Positions 1 to 9,793 of a DNA stretch of 64,000 bases are shown here, in pieces. The notes under the pieces are model-generated. The model made no database searches and had not been told where the DNA came from. It saw only the letters and a list, made by a program, of their open reading frames with translations. Each line of letters starts with the position of its first letter. Position 1 is the first letter of the stretch. The stretch comes from Terriglobia bacterium (GTDB lineage: Bacteria > Acidobacteriota > Terriglobia > 20CM-2-55-15). Location: NCBI GenBank assembly GCA_965218585.1, contig CBDCLE010000020.1, positions 28,232 to 92,231 on the forward strand, in the 5' to 3' direction. Made by a program: the position numbers and the translations under genes.

Positions 1-2
1 AA

Positions 3-1073
3 ATGTCCAAGTCACGTGGAAACGTGCTCGATCCGGTTCTCTTGCGCGATGTCTTCGGAATCGAGGTGCTGCGGTATTTCCTGTTGCGCGAAATGGTATT
101 TGGTCAGGACTGCAATTTGAGTTTCGATGCCATCATCCAGCGCGCGAATAGCGACCTCGCAAACGACCTCGGGAATCTGCTCAGTCGGACTGTTGCCATG
201 ATCCGGAAGTACCGCAAGGGCGTTGTTCCTACATCGGGCAGCGCACGAGGAGATGCCGATGTCGAGGACGTCGCAGCCCGCGTTTTGGTCGAGTACAAGA
301 AGCACTTCGACAGCTACGAGTTTTCACGTGCTGTCGAGAAGGTATGGGAGCTGATCTCCCGGGTGAACAAGTACATCGTAGAAAACGAACCCTGGGCGAT
401 CGCCAAGGACGATGACAAGGCCTCACAGCTTGACGGTGTGTTGTTTCATTGCGCCGAGGCGTTGCGACTGTCAGCGGTCATGTTGGCTCCGGTGATGCCG
501 GAGTCGTCCCAGACGATCTGGGAACAACTTGGACTTGACGGGACGGTGGCCGACGCGTCCCTCGATGAACTCGCCTGGTCCGATATCCTGTCTGGGATCA
601 AGTTGAGGGGTGGTGATGCTCTGTTCCCGCGTGTCGAGGCTAAGGCCGTATACGCGAAACTCGAAGCCGGTCTCGATGCTCAAGCTGCGTCTGCGACTGC
701 CGGCGCGGGCGACGAGAGCGATGCGGGCGTGCCTCCTCTGGCGCCCGAGATCACGATTGACGATTTCGTAAAACTCGATCTCAGGGTAGCAACGGTTCTC
801 GAGGCCGAAAGGATCAAAGGCGCTGACAAACTCCTGCGGTTGGTCGTCGATGTTGGCTTCGAAACCCGTCAGGTGCTGGCCGGGATTGCCCAGTACTATG
901 AACCCGCCGATCTTGTCGGTCGCAAGATAGTTGTCGTGGCAAACCTGAAACCCCGAAAGATGCGCGGACTGGAATCGAAAGGGATGATCGTGGCGGCATC
1001 GGTTGGCCCGGAAGACACTCCGGCCCTTGTGGGCTTTGCCGACGAAGTCATAAATGGTTCCAGGTTGAGGTAG
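3..1073 (+). CDS. metG: Methionyl-tRNA synthetase, 3' part (5' end outside window)
   Basis: Begins at (K)MSKS motif; anticodon-binding helices; C-terminal tRNA-binding OB domain (VVVANLKPRKMRGLES). Confidence 0.97.
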   Translation: MSKSRGNVLDPVLLRDVFGIEVLRYFLLREMVFGQDCNLSFDAIIQRANSDLANDLGNLLSRTVAMIRKYRKGVVPTSGSARGDADVEDVAARVLVEYKKHFDSYEFSRAVEKVWELISRVNKYIVENEPWAIAKDDDKASQLDGVLFHCAEALRLSAVMLAPVMPESSQTIWEQLGLDGTVADASLDELAWSDILSGIKLRGGDALFPRVEAKAVYAKLEAGLDAQAASATAGAGDESDAGVPPLAPEITIDDFVKLDLRVATVLEAERIKGADKLLRLVVDVGFETRQVLAGIAQYYEPADLVGRKIVVVANLKPRKMRGLESKGMIVAASVGPEDTPALVGFADEVINGSRLR

Positions 1074-1081
1074 CAGGTCCG

Positions 1082-1849
1082 ATGCTGGTCGACTCTCACG
1101 CTCACCTGGACGATGCCCGGTTCGATGACGACAGGGACGCTGTCCTTGGCCGGGCTCGAGAAGCCGGAGTCGGTACGATCCTGACAATTGGAAACGGTGA
1201 CGGGCCCGACGACATGGGCTGCGGCCTCCGTTTTGCGGAAACCTACGATCGAGTTTACACCAGTGTCGGCATTCATCCTCACGATGCGGTTCGCACACGG
1301 GCGGAGCACTTCGAGTTGATGAAGGAGCTGGTCGATAATCCGAAGGTCGTCGCGATTGGAGAAACAGGGCTCGACTATTATTACGACAACTCGCCGAGAG
1401 ACATCCAGCGCAAGGTGTTCCGTAAGCAACTCGTAGTAGCCCGGGAAGTGGATCGTCCTGTCATCGTCCACACGCGCGATGCCGACGAGGACACCATTCA
1501 GATTCTGGAGAACGAGAAGCCCCGGCGAGGCGTAATCCACTGCTTCACAGGCGGCGAAACGCTTGCCAAGTGTGCCCTGGATCTAGGATTCATGATTTCT
1601 TTTTCCGGAATCGTTACTTTCAATCGATCTGCTGGCATTCAGGCAATCGCGGCCAGTGTGCCCGAAGACAGAATTCTTGTGGAGACAGATTGTCCCTACC
1701 TGGCACCGGTACCCCATCGTGGGCGTCGTAATGAGCCTTCGTTTGTGCGGGACACTGCTCTGAAGCTGGCCGAGCTGAGGGGCGTTACAATTGAAGAAAT
1801 AGAAACCCAGACATCCCGAAACTTCCACGAATTGTTTGATTTGTTATGA
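1082..1849 (+). CDS. tatD: TatD family deoxyribonuclease
   Basis: DSHAHL, GIHPH, IGETGLDY, ETDCPYLAP motifs; usual metG-tatD synteny. Confidence 0.95.
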   Translation: MLVDSHAHLDDARFDDDRDAVLGRAREAGVGTILTIGNGDGPDDMGCGLRFAETYDRVYTSVGIHPHDAVRTRAEHFELMKELVDNPKVVAIGETGLDYYYDNSPRDIQRKVFRKQLVVAREVDRPVIVHTRDADEDTIQILENEKPRRGVIHCFTGGETLAKCALDLGFMISFSGIVTFNRSAGIQAIAASVPEDRILVETDCPYLAPVPHRGRRNEPSFVRDTALKLAELRGVTIEEIETQTSRNFHELFDLL

Positions 1850-1904
1850 GGCGCCGATCTGGCGTCAGGAAAGATAAGAGTCTGGCGGCTCGTGCCGCGC
1901 GGAC

Positions 1905-2912
1905 ATGTCGTACAATGCATCTTCTGTGAAGACCACTCTCACACAGCAGGAAATTTACAGCCTCGTCGTTGATGACCTGGTGCGGGTCGAGGAGGAGCTT
2001 GAAGAATATTCCGAATCCTCGATAGGCCCGATCTCCGAGATCGGCCGCTACCTGATCGAAGCCGGTGGGAAACGTGTACGACCTGCGCTCTTGGTTCTGA
2101 CTGCGCGCATGTTGGGGGAGGTGTCGCCGTCGGTTATCCGTCTGGCGGCCGTAGTGGAGCTCATTCACAATGCAACGTTGCTTCACGATGATGTGATCGA
2201 CCAATCGGACACGCGGCGTGGCCGGCCCTCGGCGAACACTCACTGGGGTAATCCGATGACCGTGTTGGTGGGCGATTGGCTGTACATGCAGTCTTTCGCT
2301 GCTGCGCTCAGAGAAAAGAGTTTTGATGTCCTGACGACACTGATCGGCATCACGCAGAAAATGGTTGAAGGTGAACTGTTGCAGCTGACGCTTCTGGGTC
2401 GTACCGACGTTGGGTCTCAGGAGTTGTTGGATATCGCGGAGCGCAAGACTGCACATCTGTTCTCAGGATGCATGCGATTATCCGGCATTCTTGCATCCGA
2501 ATCCTCTGCTTCAGTGGAAAAGCTGACCCGGATCGGTCTGGATCTGGGGATGTCGTTTCAACTCGTTGATGATCTGCTGGATCTGACCTCGACCAAGGAA
2601 GCCATGGGCAAACCGGTTGCCAGTGATCTCAAAGAAGGCAAAGTCACCTTGCCCCTATGTTACGCGATAGAGGACAAGGTGGTCGGAGCCTCAGCCAAGA
2701 TTCAGAAAGTACTCGATGAAGGTGAATTTCGTTCTGTAGCTGTGGCCGACATCCTGGGCCTGGTAGATGAGGCCGATGGTGTCAATCGGACGCGGACCCT
2801 TGCAGCGGAATACGCATCGCGTGCCACCAGGGTACTGGAATCTTTCCCTCCGTCCGTTTATCGCGATGCCATCGTCAGCATTCCCGAATTTATTCTGAAT
2901 CGACAGTCCTGA
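1905..2912 (+). CDS. Polyprenyl diphosphate synthase (IspB/HepT-like)
   Basis: GGKRVRP, LLHDDVID..RRG, FQLVDDLLD, DLKEGKVTLP. Confidence 0.95.
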   Translation: MSYNASSVKTTLTQQEIYSLVVDDLVRVEEELEEYSESSIGPISEIGRYLIEAGGKRVRPALLVLTARMLGEVSPSVIRLAAVVELIHNATLLHDDVIDQSDTRRGRPSANTHWGNPMTVLVGDWLYMQSFAAALREKSFDVLTTLIGITQKMVEGELLQLTLLGRTDVGSQELLDIAERKTAHLFSGCMRLSGILASESSASVEKLTRIGLDLGMSFQLVDDLLDLTSTKEAMGKPVASDLKEGKVTLPLCYAIEDKVVGASAKIQKVLDEGEFRSVAVADILGLVDEADGVNRTRTLAAEYASRATRVLESFPPSVYRDAIVSIPEFILNRQS

Positions 2913-2973
2913 GGTCCTTTAGGTGCGCTCTTGATCGCATAAAGAAGGACGTGCCCTCAGGTGTAGTTGCGCT

Positions 2974-3459
2974 TCATCGTTCCGAGTTAGCCGTCAGTGA
3001 AGCAATGACTGCAGTCAGGACAAAGAAGACGGCTCCCTTTTCTTCGGGTTTTAAGTCCAGGCCATCGGTCGCCGCATGGTGAACTTCCGAAATGACGTAG
3101 CTGATGAGGTGGGGCTCATCACCCAGATCCGATAACGTAGACGATGGAAGTTCGGTGGCCTGTGATTCGCTCATCCTCTGGACCCAATGTTCGCTTTCAT
3201 GGCAGGCGTGGGCAATCTCCTCGCTCGTGACTTCGTCCAGAGATCCAGCTCTGTCGACCATCAGAGCTTCGTAAACCACGTAGCTCAGGTAGAGGGCCAG
3301 TTCGCCGACAGACTGACGACTGGTTGATGTCAGTTCCATCACAAAATCACAGAGAGCGGGCTGTTTCTTGAAGAAGCTCTCGAATTTCTTTTCCAGGATT
3401 TCGTCAGAGCACTCCACGGCCCTGGTGCGGATGGTGGCGATAGTCTCTCTCGTTACCAT
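2974..3459 (-). CDS. Hypothetical helical protein
   Basis: 161-aa ORF with protein-like composition, co-oriented downstream of the lepA-PBP1A genes. Confidence 0.7.
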   Translation of the reverse strand: MVTRETIATIRTRAVECSDEILEKKFESFFKKQPALCDFVMELTSTSRQSVGELALYLSYVVYEALMVDRAGSLDEVTSEEIAHACHESEHWVQRMSESQATELPSSTLSDLGDEPHLISYVISEVHHAATDGLDLKPEEKGAVFFVLTAVIASLTANSER

Positions 3460-3524
3460 GACAGTATTTGTCGGATAGGACCGGATGGCGGGGGAAAGGG
3501 CGGAGAATCGGATGTCGAATCAGC

Positions 3525-4058
3525 TCACGGCCGTCCCCAGCCAGCAGGAGCTCCAGATCGGCGAAGTTCCTGCTGGAGATCAGAAATAGCCTGGTTTGCC
3601 GCCGCAATACGAGCTTCGGCCTCCACGATTTCTTCTTCCTTGGCCTGTATTTCAGGAAGAAGCAGGCCTTCCCGGTTGAAGAGGCCGCTTTCGGTCAGGA
3701 GACGCTGATTCAGCTCAACGAGTTCCTGCTGGTTCAGCTGCAACCTCTCCCCGGCGCGTATCACTTCAGCTCGTGCCTCGCTGAACAGCTGACGCCACTG
3801 CTGTTCCCCGCGCACTTCGGTGCTTTCTTCGTTCTCTGCACCAGCCTGGGCCGGCGTCGCATCAGCCGCGGTGTCAGGTCGGGTTCCGACGATCGAAATA
3901 GAACCCCCTGTGGCCAGAGTCTCGTTCGTGAACACTCTTCCGCTGATGACTTCCCGCCGCCTCTCTCTTTCGCTTCGGGCTACATCTGGTAATGACTGGG
4001 CGCCGACCTCGGTCGAGAACAGTCCTAGGACCAGCAAAGCGATAAAGCGAATCCTCAT
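3525..4058 (-). CDS. Exported coiled-coil protein
   Basis: Signal peptide, QSLPDVAR start of mature part, coiled-coil C-terminus; 4-bp overlap with PBP1A stop. Confidence 0.8.
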   Translation of the reverse strand: MRIRFIALLVLGLFSTEVGAQSLPDVARSERERRREVISGRVFTNETLATGGSISIVGTRPDTAADATPAQAGAENEESTEVRGEQQWRQLFSEARAEVIRAGERLQLNQQELVELNQRLLTESGLFNREGLLLPEIQAKEEEIVEAEARIAAANQAISDLQQELRRSGAPAGWGRP

Positions 4059-6256
4059 GGCAATCTCCTATCGGTAAGTCGGGTGCTCTCGACAACGTTG
4101 GGCGATTCCATTCCGCCCGGCAACAGACTGGTGGCGGGCGCCGCGCCGAAGACTTCCACGGGTGTGTCTTCATAGACTTGCTCCATGAAGGAGAGCCAAA
4201 CGGGAAGGGCGGCCCGGCTGCCGGTTTCCCCGTTGCCGAGAGTGATTTTTTCGTCAAATCCAACCCAGACGCCTGCCGTCAGAGACGGCGTAAACCCCAT
4301 GAACCACGCATCGGTGAAATCGTTCGTCGTTCCCGTCTTTCCACCGACAGGCCGACCAAGCACCCGAGCGCGAACTCCGGTTCCGCTTTCAACGACTTCC
4401 CGCAACAGGTCAACCATTTCTCGGGCCAGGTCGGACGAGATCACGTCATGAGGTTGGGGGAAATTCTCTTCGAGAATGTCCCCGTCGTAGTCGGTGACAC
4501 GATTGATCAGGCGCGGTTCTACCCGGACACCACCGTTCGGAAACGCCGAATACGCCGATGTGAGTTCGATCAGGGTCATATCAGTCGCGCCCAGGGCAAT
4601 AGGTAGGTAGGGCTCGATGACTCGGCGAATGCCGAATCGGGCGACCATCGGAATCAAAGTGTCGAAACCAATCTCGCTCAAGACGCGAACAGCAGGTACG
4701 TTTCGCGACTCTGCCAGTGCCCGTCGCAATGAAATCGGACCCACGTATTGCTCATCGTAGTTCGTTGGCATGTAGCCGTCGAAATCCACGGGTTCGTCTA
4801 CGATCATGGATTCGGGGCGCATGCCGTAATCAAGCGCGGCGGTGTAGAGCAGCGGTTTGAATAACGATCCGGTCTGGCGAAGCGCCTGGTTCGCTCGGTT
4901 GAACTTGCTTTGTTCGAAATCGTATCCACCGACCATCGCCTTCACTTCGCCAGTACGTTGGTCGATCGCCAAAAGCGATCCCTGGACCTCCGGTGTCTGT
5001 TCAAGTGTGAGCGTGATCGTCTTTTCCCCGGGATCGATCGACTGGACAAGAAACTCGGCGACGTCTCCGCGAGAGAGGATTTCTCCGGGCGATCGACGTC
5101 CGGTCCAAGCGATAGCGGACCCACCGATGTCGGTCTGGTATTCACCGACCCGCACCGTGGCAGTCCGGGAGCCAGCTTCAAGGACAATTCCGGGAACGAT
5201 GTCTCCGTTCTGAAGTGGTTGCTTCCATTCCTCGAGGGAATGAGATGCGAGATCTTCCAGGCCGTTTTCGATCAGGTTCGTTCGGGCACCTCTCCAGCCA
5301 TGGCGCTTGTCGTAGTCCCGGAGTCCCTGTTGCAGGCTGTCCTGGGCGGCGCGTTGCATCCTGGAGTTCAGCGTCGAATAGACACGGAGTCCTCCCTCAT
5401 GGACTGCATACGTTCCATAGGTCTCTTCCAGATACTGACGGAGTTCCTCGACGAAGTAGGGAGCGAGTTCGTCATGATTCTGGGGCGCGTTCAGGCGGAT
5501 CGGGCGTTGCTTGGCCTGCTCACCGTCCTCCACCGGAATCTTTCCTTCGGCGACCATCCTGTCGATTACATAATTGCGCCGCATCAGAGAGCGTTCGGGG
5601 TTGGAGACGGGCGAATACAGTCCCGGGGCACGAGGCAAGGCGGCTAACGTGGCCGCTTCCTCAAGTGTCAGTTCCTGAATGTTCTTTCCGAAATAGAACT
5701 CGGCCGCAGCCGCAAACCCGTACATGCCGTGGCCCAGATATATCTGATTGCTATACAGCGTGAGAATCTCTTCTTTCGTATAGCGTCTCTCTATCTGGAT
5801 GGAAAGAAGAGCTTCCTGAAGTTTCAGAGCCCATTGTCGTTGGGGCGAAAGGAAAAGGTTCTCAGCAAGTTGCTGCGTGATCGTGCTGCCGCCTTCGACG
5901 ACCCGCCCTGCCAGGACGTTCTTGAGAGCTGCGCGCGATATGCCGTAAAAGTCGAGTCCCCAATGCTGGAAGAAATTCTGGTCTTCCACCGACACGAGAG
6001 CGTCAGTCAGTACCAGAGGTATCTGTGCGGGTTCGATGATGATCCGGCGTTCGAGTGCGAAGGAGCCGATGACCTGCCCGTCGTCGCCATACACTTCGGT
6101 CACGACGTTCGGGCGGTAGTCCTCGAGAGATTCGACCTGTGGCAGTTCGCTGTTGTAAACGAAAAGGACACCACCTGTTGCGCCCAGAGTGATCGAAACC
6201 ACAAGGAGTACGGCAAACAGGACCGATCCGAAATATCGCCGAAACGCGACTTTCAT
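4055..6256 (-). CDS. mrcA: Class A penicillin-binding protein 1A
   Basis: EDQNFFQH, GGSTITQQL transglycosylase motifs; SLFK, SRN, KTGT transpeptidase motifs. Confidence 0.95.
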   Translation of the reverse strand: MKVAFRRYFGSVLFAVLLVVSITLGATGGVLFVYNSELPQVESLEDYRPNVVTEVYGDDGQVIGSFALERRIIIEPAQIPLVLTDALVSVEDQNFFQHWGLDFYGISRAALKNVLAGRVVEGGSTITQQLAENLFLSPQRQWALKLQEALLSIQIERRYTKEEILTLYSNQIYLGHGMYGFAAAAEFYFGKNIQELTLEEAATLAALPRAPGLYSPVSNPERSLMRRNYVIDRMVAEGKIPVEDGEQAKQRPIRLNAPQNHDELAPYFVEELRQYLEETYGTYAVHEGGLRVYSTLNSRMQRAAQDSLQQGLRDYDKRHGWRGARTNLIENGLEDLASHSLEEWKQPLQNGDIVPGIVLEAGSRTATVRVGEYQTDIGGSAIAWTGRRSPGEILSRGDVAEFLVQSIDPGEKTITLTLEQTPEVQGSLLAIDQRTGEVKAMVGGYDFEQSKFNRANQALRQTGSLFKPLLYTAALDYGMRPESMIVDEPVDFDGYMPTNYDEQYVGPISLRRALAESRNVPAVRVLSEIGFDTLIPMVARFGIRRVIEPYLPIALGATDMTLIELTSAYSAFPNGGVRVEPRLINRVTDYDGDILEENFPQPHDVISSDLAREMVDLLREVVESGTGVRARVLGRPVGGKTGTTNDFTDAWFMGFTPSLTAGVWVGFDEKITLGNGETGSRAALPVWLSFMEQVYEDTPVEVFGAAPATSLLPGGMESPNVVESTRLTDRRLP

Positions 6257-6296
6257 TACGAATGATTATATCAGTGGGGAGTTCCCAGGACCCGTC

Positions 6297-8099
6297 TTAT
6301 TGAGAGCCGACCTTGAGGACGGCCAGAAAGGCCTCCTGGGGGATGTCTACCTTGCCGACCCGTTTCATCCGCCGTTTGCCTTCCTTCTGCTTTTCTATCA
6401 GCTTACGTTTCCGCGTGATATCGCCTCCGTAACATTTGGCGACCACGTTCTTTCGCATGGCCGGTATCGACTCACGGGCGATGACCCGGCTCCCGATCGC
6501 TGCCTGGATTGCTACTTCAAACATCTGGCGCGGTATGAGTTCCTTCATTTTTTCCACCAGGGCTTTGCCGCGCGGATAAGCAAAGTCCCGATGAACGATC
6601 CACGAAAGGGCATCCACCTGTTCTCCACCGACCAGAATATCGAGCTTGACGAGATCCGAAACGCGGTATCCAGATAGTTGATAGTCAAGGGAGGCATAAC
6701 CCCTGGAAATCGATTTCAGACGATCGTAGAAGTCTAATACGATTTCGTTCAACGGCAATTCATAGGTGAGCAGGACGCGCGAGGCCGAAACATACTCAAA
6801 GCCCTTCTGAGTTCCTCGGCGTTCCTCCAGCAATTTGAGGATCAGTCCCAGATACTCGTCGCCTGTCATTACCAGAGCTGTGATGATCGGTTCCTCGATC
6901 GCTTCGATGTCTGCGGGGTCCGGGAAGCGACTGGGATTGTCGATCTCAACCATCGCCCCGTCTCTGATGAGAATCCTGTAGCGAACCCCGGGAGCAGTCG
7001 TGATGAGCGAGAGTTCAAACTCACGCTCCAACCGTTCCTGAATAATTTCCATGTGGAGCATGCCCAGAAAACCGCAGCGGAAGCCGAAACCCAGGGCCGT
7101 CGACGTTTCAGGCTCGTAGAAAAAGGATGAATCGTTGAGCCGGAGCTTTTCCAGCGCGTCTCGCAGCCCCTCGTACTGATTCGGCTCGATGGGGTACAGA
7201 CCTGCAAATACCAGAGGTTTGATTTCCTGAAAGCCTGGAAACGGCGTTTCCGTCGGGCGTTGCTCCCCGGTGATCGTGTCCCCGATCTGCGTGTCGGACA
7301 CGGTCTTGATGTTGGCGATGATGTAGCCGACTTCGCCGGCCTCGAGGCAATCTGTCGGCTGCATGTGTGGCGACCGGATCCCTATCTCCTCGGCCTGGTA
7401 GACACTGCCGTTGGACATCAGGCGGATGCGCATGCCCTTCTCGATCTTTCCATCGATCATCCGAACCAGCACGATGACGCCGCAGTACATGTCGAACCAG
7501 GAATCAAAGATCAACGCCTTCAGTGGCGCGTCCGGGTCGCCTTCCGGTGCCGGGACCTGTTTTACGATAGCCTCAAGCACTTCGTCGACCCCATCGCCAT
7601 GCTTCGCGCTTATCTGCAGCGCATCTCCCTGATCGAAACCGATTACAGACTGCATTTGTTCCTGGACGCGTTCGATTTCGGCACCGGGCAGATCGATCTT
7701 GTTCAGGATCGGAACGATTTCGAGCTGATTGTCCAGGGCAAGGTAGGTGTTGGTCAGGGTCTGCGCCTCAACGCCCTGTGAAGCATCCACCACCAGCAAT
7801 GCTCCCTCGCTTGCTGCGAGGCTTCGTGAGACTTCGTAGCTGAAATCTACGTGACCTGGTGTATCGATGAGGTTCAGAACGTACGCGTTTCCGTCCCGTG
7901 CGGTGTAGTTCAACCGCACAGTGGCCGCTTTGATAGTAATTCCGCGCTCTCGTTCCAGATCCATCGCATCGAGGACCTGCTGAGACATCTCTCGTTCTGT
8001 CAACGCGCCTGTCATTTCCAGGAGGCGGTCGGCCAGCGTGGATTTGCCGTGATCGATGTGGGCGATGATGGAAAAGTTCCGGATATGGTCCAACTGCAT
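6297..8099 (-). CDS. lepA: Elongation factor 4 (LepA)
   Basis: [40 protein letters not shown]. Confidence 0.99.
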   Translation of the reverse strand: MQLDHIRNFSIIAHIDHGKSTLADRLLEMTGALTEREMSQQVLDAMDLERERGITIKAATVRLNYTARDGNAYVLNLIDTPGHVDFSYEVSRSLAASEGALLVVDASQGVEAQTLTNTYLALDNQLEIVPILNKIDLPGAEIERVQEQMQSVIGFDQGDALQISAKHGDGVDEVLEAIVKQVPAPEGDPDAPLKALIFDSWFDMYCGVIVLVRMIDGKIEKGMRIRLMSNGSVYQAEEIGIRSPHMQPTDCLEAGEVGYIIANIKTVSDTQIGDTITGEQRPTETPFPGFQEIKPLVFAGLYPIEPNQYEGLRDALEKLRLNDSSFFYEPETSTALGFGFRCGFLGMLHMEIIQERLEREFELSLITTAPGVRYRILIRDGAMVEIDNPSRFPDPADIEAIEEPIITALVMTGDEYLGLILKLLEERRGTQKGFEYVSASRVLLTYELPLNEIVLDFYDRLKSISRGYASLDYQLSGYRVSDLVKLDILVGGEQVDALSWIVHRDFAYPRGKALVEKMKELIPRQMFEVAIQAAIGSRVIARESIPAMRKNVVAKCYGGDITRKRKLIEKQKEGKRRMKRVGKVDIPQEAFLAVLKVGSQ

Positions 8100-8265
8100 A
8101 AAAATTGATTGTAGCTTAAACAGATGAGTGGTGCTCAGGGGGCAGCGACCTGAAAAAAGGCACCTGCCCGGCTCCGATTATCTCATTGCTCTAAGGCCCG
8201 CTGTGTCCCTAAATGGGCTTGCGATCAGGCGAGCGAAATCTTCCCTCGGGGTTAGTGAGCGTGAT

Positions 8266-9165
8266 TCAGGATGGCTTCAAAGCAAAAAGGGCCGCGCCAA
8301 TAATCCCCGCGTTGTTACCAAGCTTAGAACCGACAATGCGGCAGTTCGAAAAGGTTTGAGGATAGGTTCGGCGCTGGGCCTCCTTTCGCGCTGGCTTGAG
8401 TAAGAGCTCGCCCACTCGGGAGAGGCCTCCTCCGATCACGATCATCTCCAGGTTCAGCAGGTTGATCAGAGTTGCACAGGCGATGCCCAGATACCGTCCC
8501 GCTTCGGCAATGACAGCCAATGAAGTGGAATCTCCCTCGCGGGCGGCCTTGTGTATGGCTGTTGCCGTTAATGATTCCTCCGATTTCGTCTTTTCCCGTG
8601 CCAGATTCACCAGACCGGTGGCGGAGGCCACCGTTTCCAGGCACCCGCGTCCACCGCAGGGGCAGGGCAGTCCGTCAGGCTCGACGACGATGTGGCCGGC
8701 CTCAGCCGCGTAACCCAGAAGACCCGTATAGGGACGCCCGTTCAGTATCAATCCGGAACCGACGCCTGTCCCCAGCGTCAGGCATGCCAGATCGGAAGTA
8801 CCGATTCCGGCACCGACCAGGAATTCGCCCCAGGCACTCATGTCGGCGTCGTTTCGGCCCACGACGGGCAGTTCGATCCGTTCCGAGAACTCGCCCTCGA
8901 GGTTTACACCGTTCAGGCACGTCAGATTGGGTGAAAATTCGATGACACCGGTATCTTTGGAACGCAGTCCGGGAATACCCAGTCCTATCGCCTCGGGACT
9001 ATACCCGCGACCGAGGTCTTCGACCAGAGAGGTAAGTGTCAGGACCAACGCCTCGGAGCTTTCTGCTACGGTCGGTCGAACGCGAGTGTCGAGGACGGTA
9101 CCGTCCTGATCCACGAGACCTGCTTTGATCGTCGTTCCACCGATATCGATGCCGATCGCCTGCAT
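8266..9165 (-). CDS. ROK family sugar kinase (glucokinase-like)
   Basis: GIDIGGT, NDA, LGTGVG, EAGH, CPCGGRGCLE. Confidence 0.95.
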   Translation of the reverse strand: MQAIGIDIGGTTIKAGLVDQDGTVLDTRVRPTVAESSEALVLTLTSLVEDLGRGYSPEAIGLGIPGLRSKDTGVIEFSPNLTCLNGVNLEGEFSERIELPVVGRNDADMSAWGEFLVGAGIGTSDLACLTLGTGVGSGLILNGRPYTGLLGYAAEAGHIVVEPDGLPCPCGGRGCLETVASATGLVNLAREKTKSEESLTATAIHKAAREGDSTSLAVIAEAGRYLGIACATLINLLNLEMIVIGGGLSRVGELLLKPARKEAQRRTYPQTFSNCRIVGSKLGNNAGIIGAALFALKPS

Positions 9166-9198
9166 AGTATTCCTATGGTACGGGAAATCGTCCTTGGT

Positions 9199-9290
9199 CA
9201 GAAATTGGGGTCAGAGCCCCTATTCCCGGATTTTCGTCTGAATCCAGCGCTGGTCTAAATAGGAAATAGGGGCTCTGACCCCAATTTCTG
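9199..9290. repeat. 26-bp perfect inverted repeat, REP-like (GGGGTCAGA...TCTGACCCC type)
   Basis: CAGAAATTGGGGTCAGAGCCCCTATT at 9199-9224 and its exact reverse complement at 9265-9290. Confidence 0.85.
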
Positions 9291-9322
9291 TCGTACCATC
9301 CCTTAGTCGTACCATCCCTTAG
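9291..9322 (+). repeat. 16-bp tandem duplication
   Basis: TCGTACCATCCCTTAG twice (9291-9306, 9307-9322), abutting the inverted repeat. Confidence 0.9.
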
Positions 9323-9336
9323 AGGAGGGGAGACAA

Positions 9337-9783
9337 ATGGGCATCAAGCAGATAGGTGCAGAGGAGGCGCGGCAGGCCATGGAAGCCTCGGGCGACGTCG
9401 TGTATGTGGATGTTCGAACACCCCAGGAATTCGAACAGGGACATCCACCGAGAGCTATCAACATACCGGTCGTATTCCCCAATCCCCAATTGGGCCAGAT
9501 GGAACCGAATCCAGACTTCATAAAAGTCGTGGAATCGCATGTAGGAAAGGACAAGTCTGTGATCGTCGGTTGCAAGATGGGCGGGCGGTCTCAAATGGCT
9601 GCCGAGTTGATGGATGGTGCCGGCTACGGGGACGTATCGAACATGCAGGGCGGTTTCGGCGGTGCGCGAGACCGCATGAGCGGAGAAATCGTCGTGCCGG
9701 GCTGGACCCAGCTGGAGTTCCCCGTAGAGATGGAGGTAAACGCTCGGAATGGCTACGAGGAATTGAAGAAGAGCGCTTTCTGA
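9337..9783 (+). CDS. Rhodanese-like domain protein
   Basis: DVRTPQEFEQGHP, CKMGGRS active-site loop; GGAGG RBS. Confidence 0.93.
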   Translation: MGIKQIGAEEARQAMEASGDVVYVDVRTPQEFEQGHPPRAINIPVVFPNPQLGQMEPNPDFIKVVESHVGKDKSVIVGCKMGGRSQMAAELMDGAGYGDVSNMQGGFGGARDRMSGEIVVPGWTQLEFPVEMEVNARNGYEELKKSAF

Positions 9784-9793
9784 AGCGTTTCCG

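Noticed and set aside
471-1540. Long antisense or alternate-frame ORFs (also 4910-5647, 40978-41865, 62905-63861)
   Set aside because: Shadows of real genes in GC-rich DNA; no recognisable motifs
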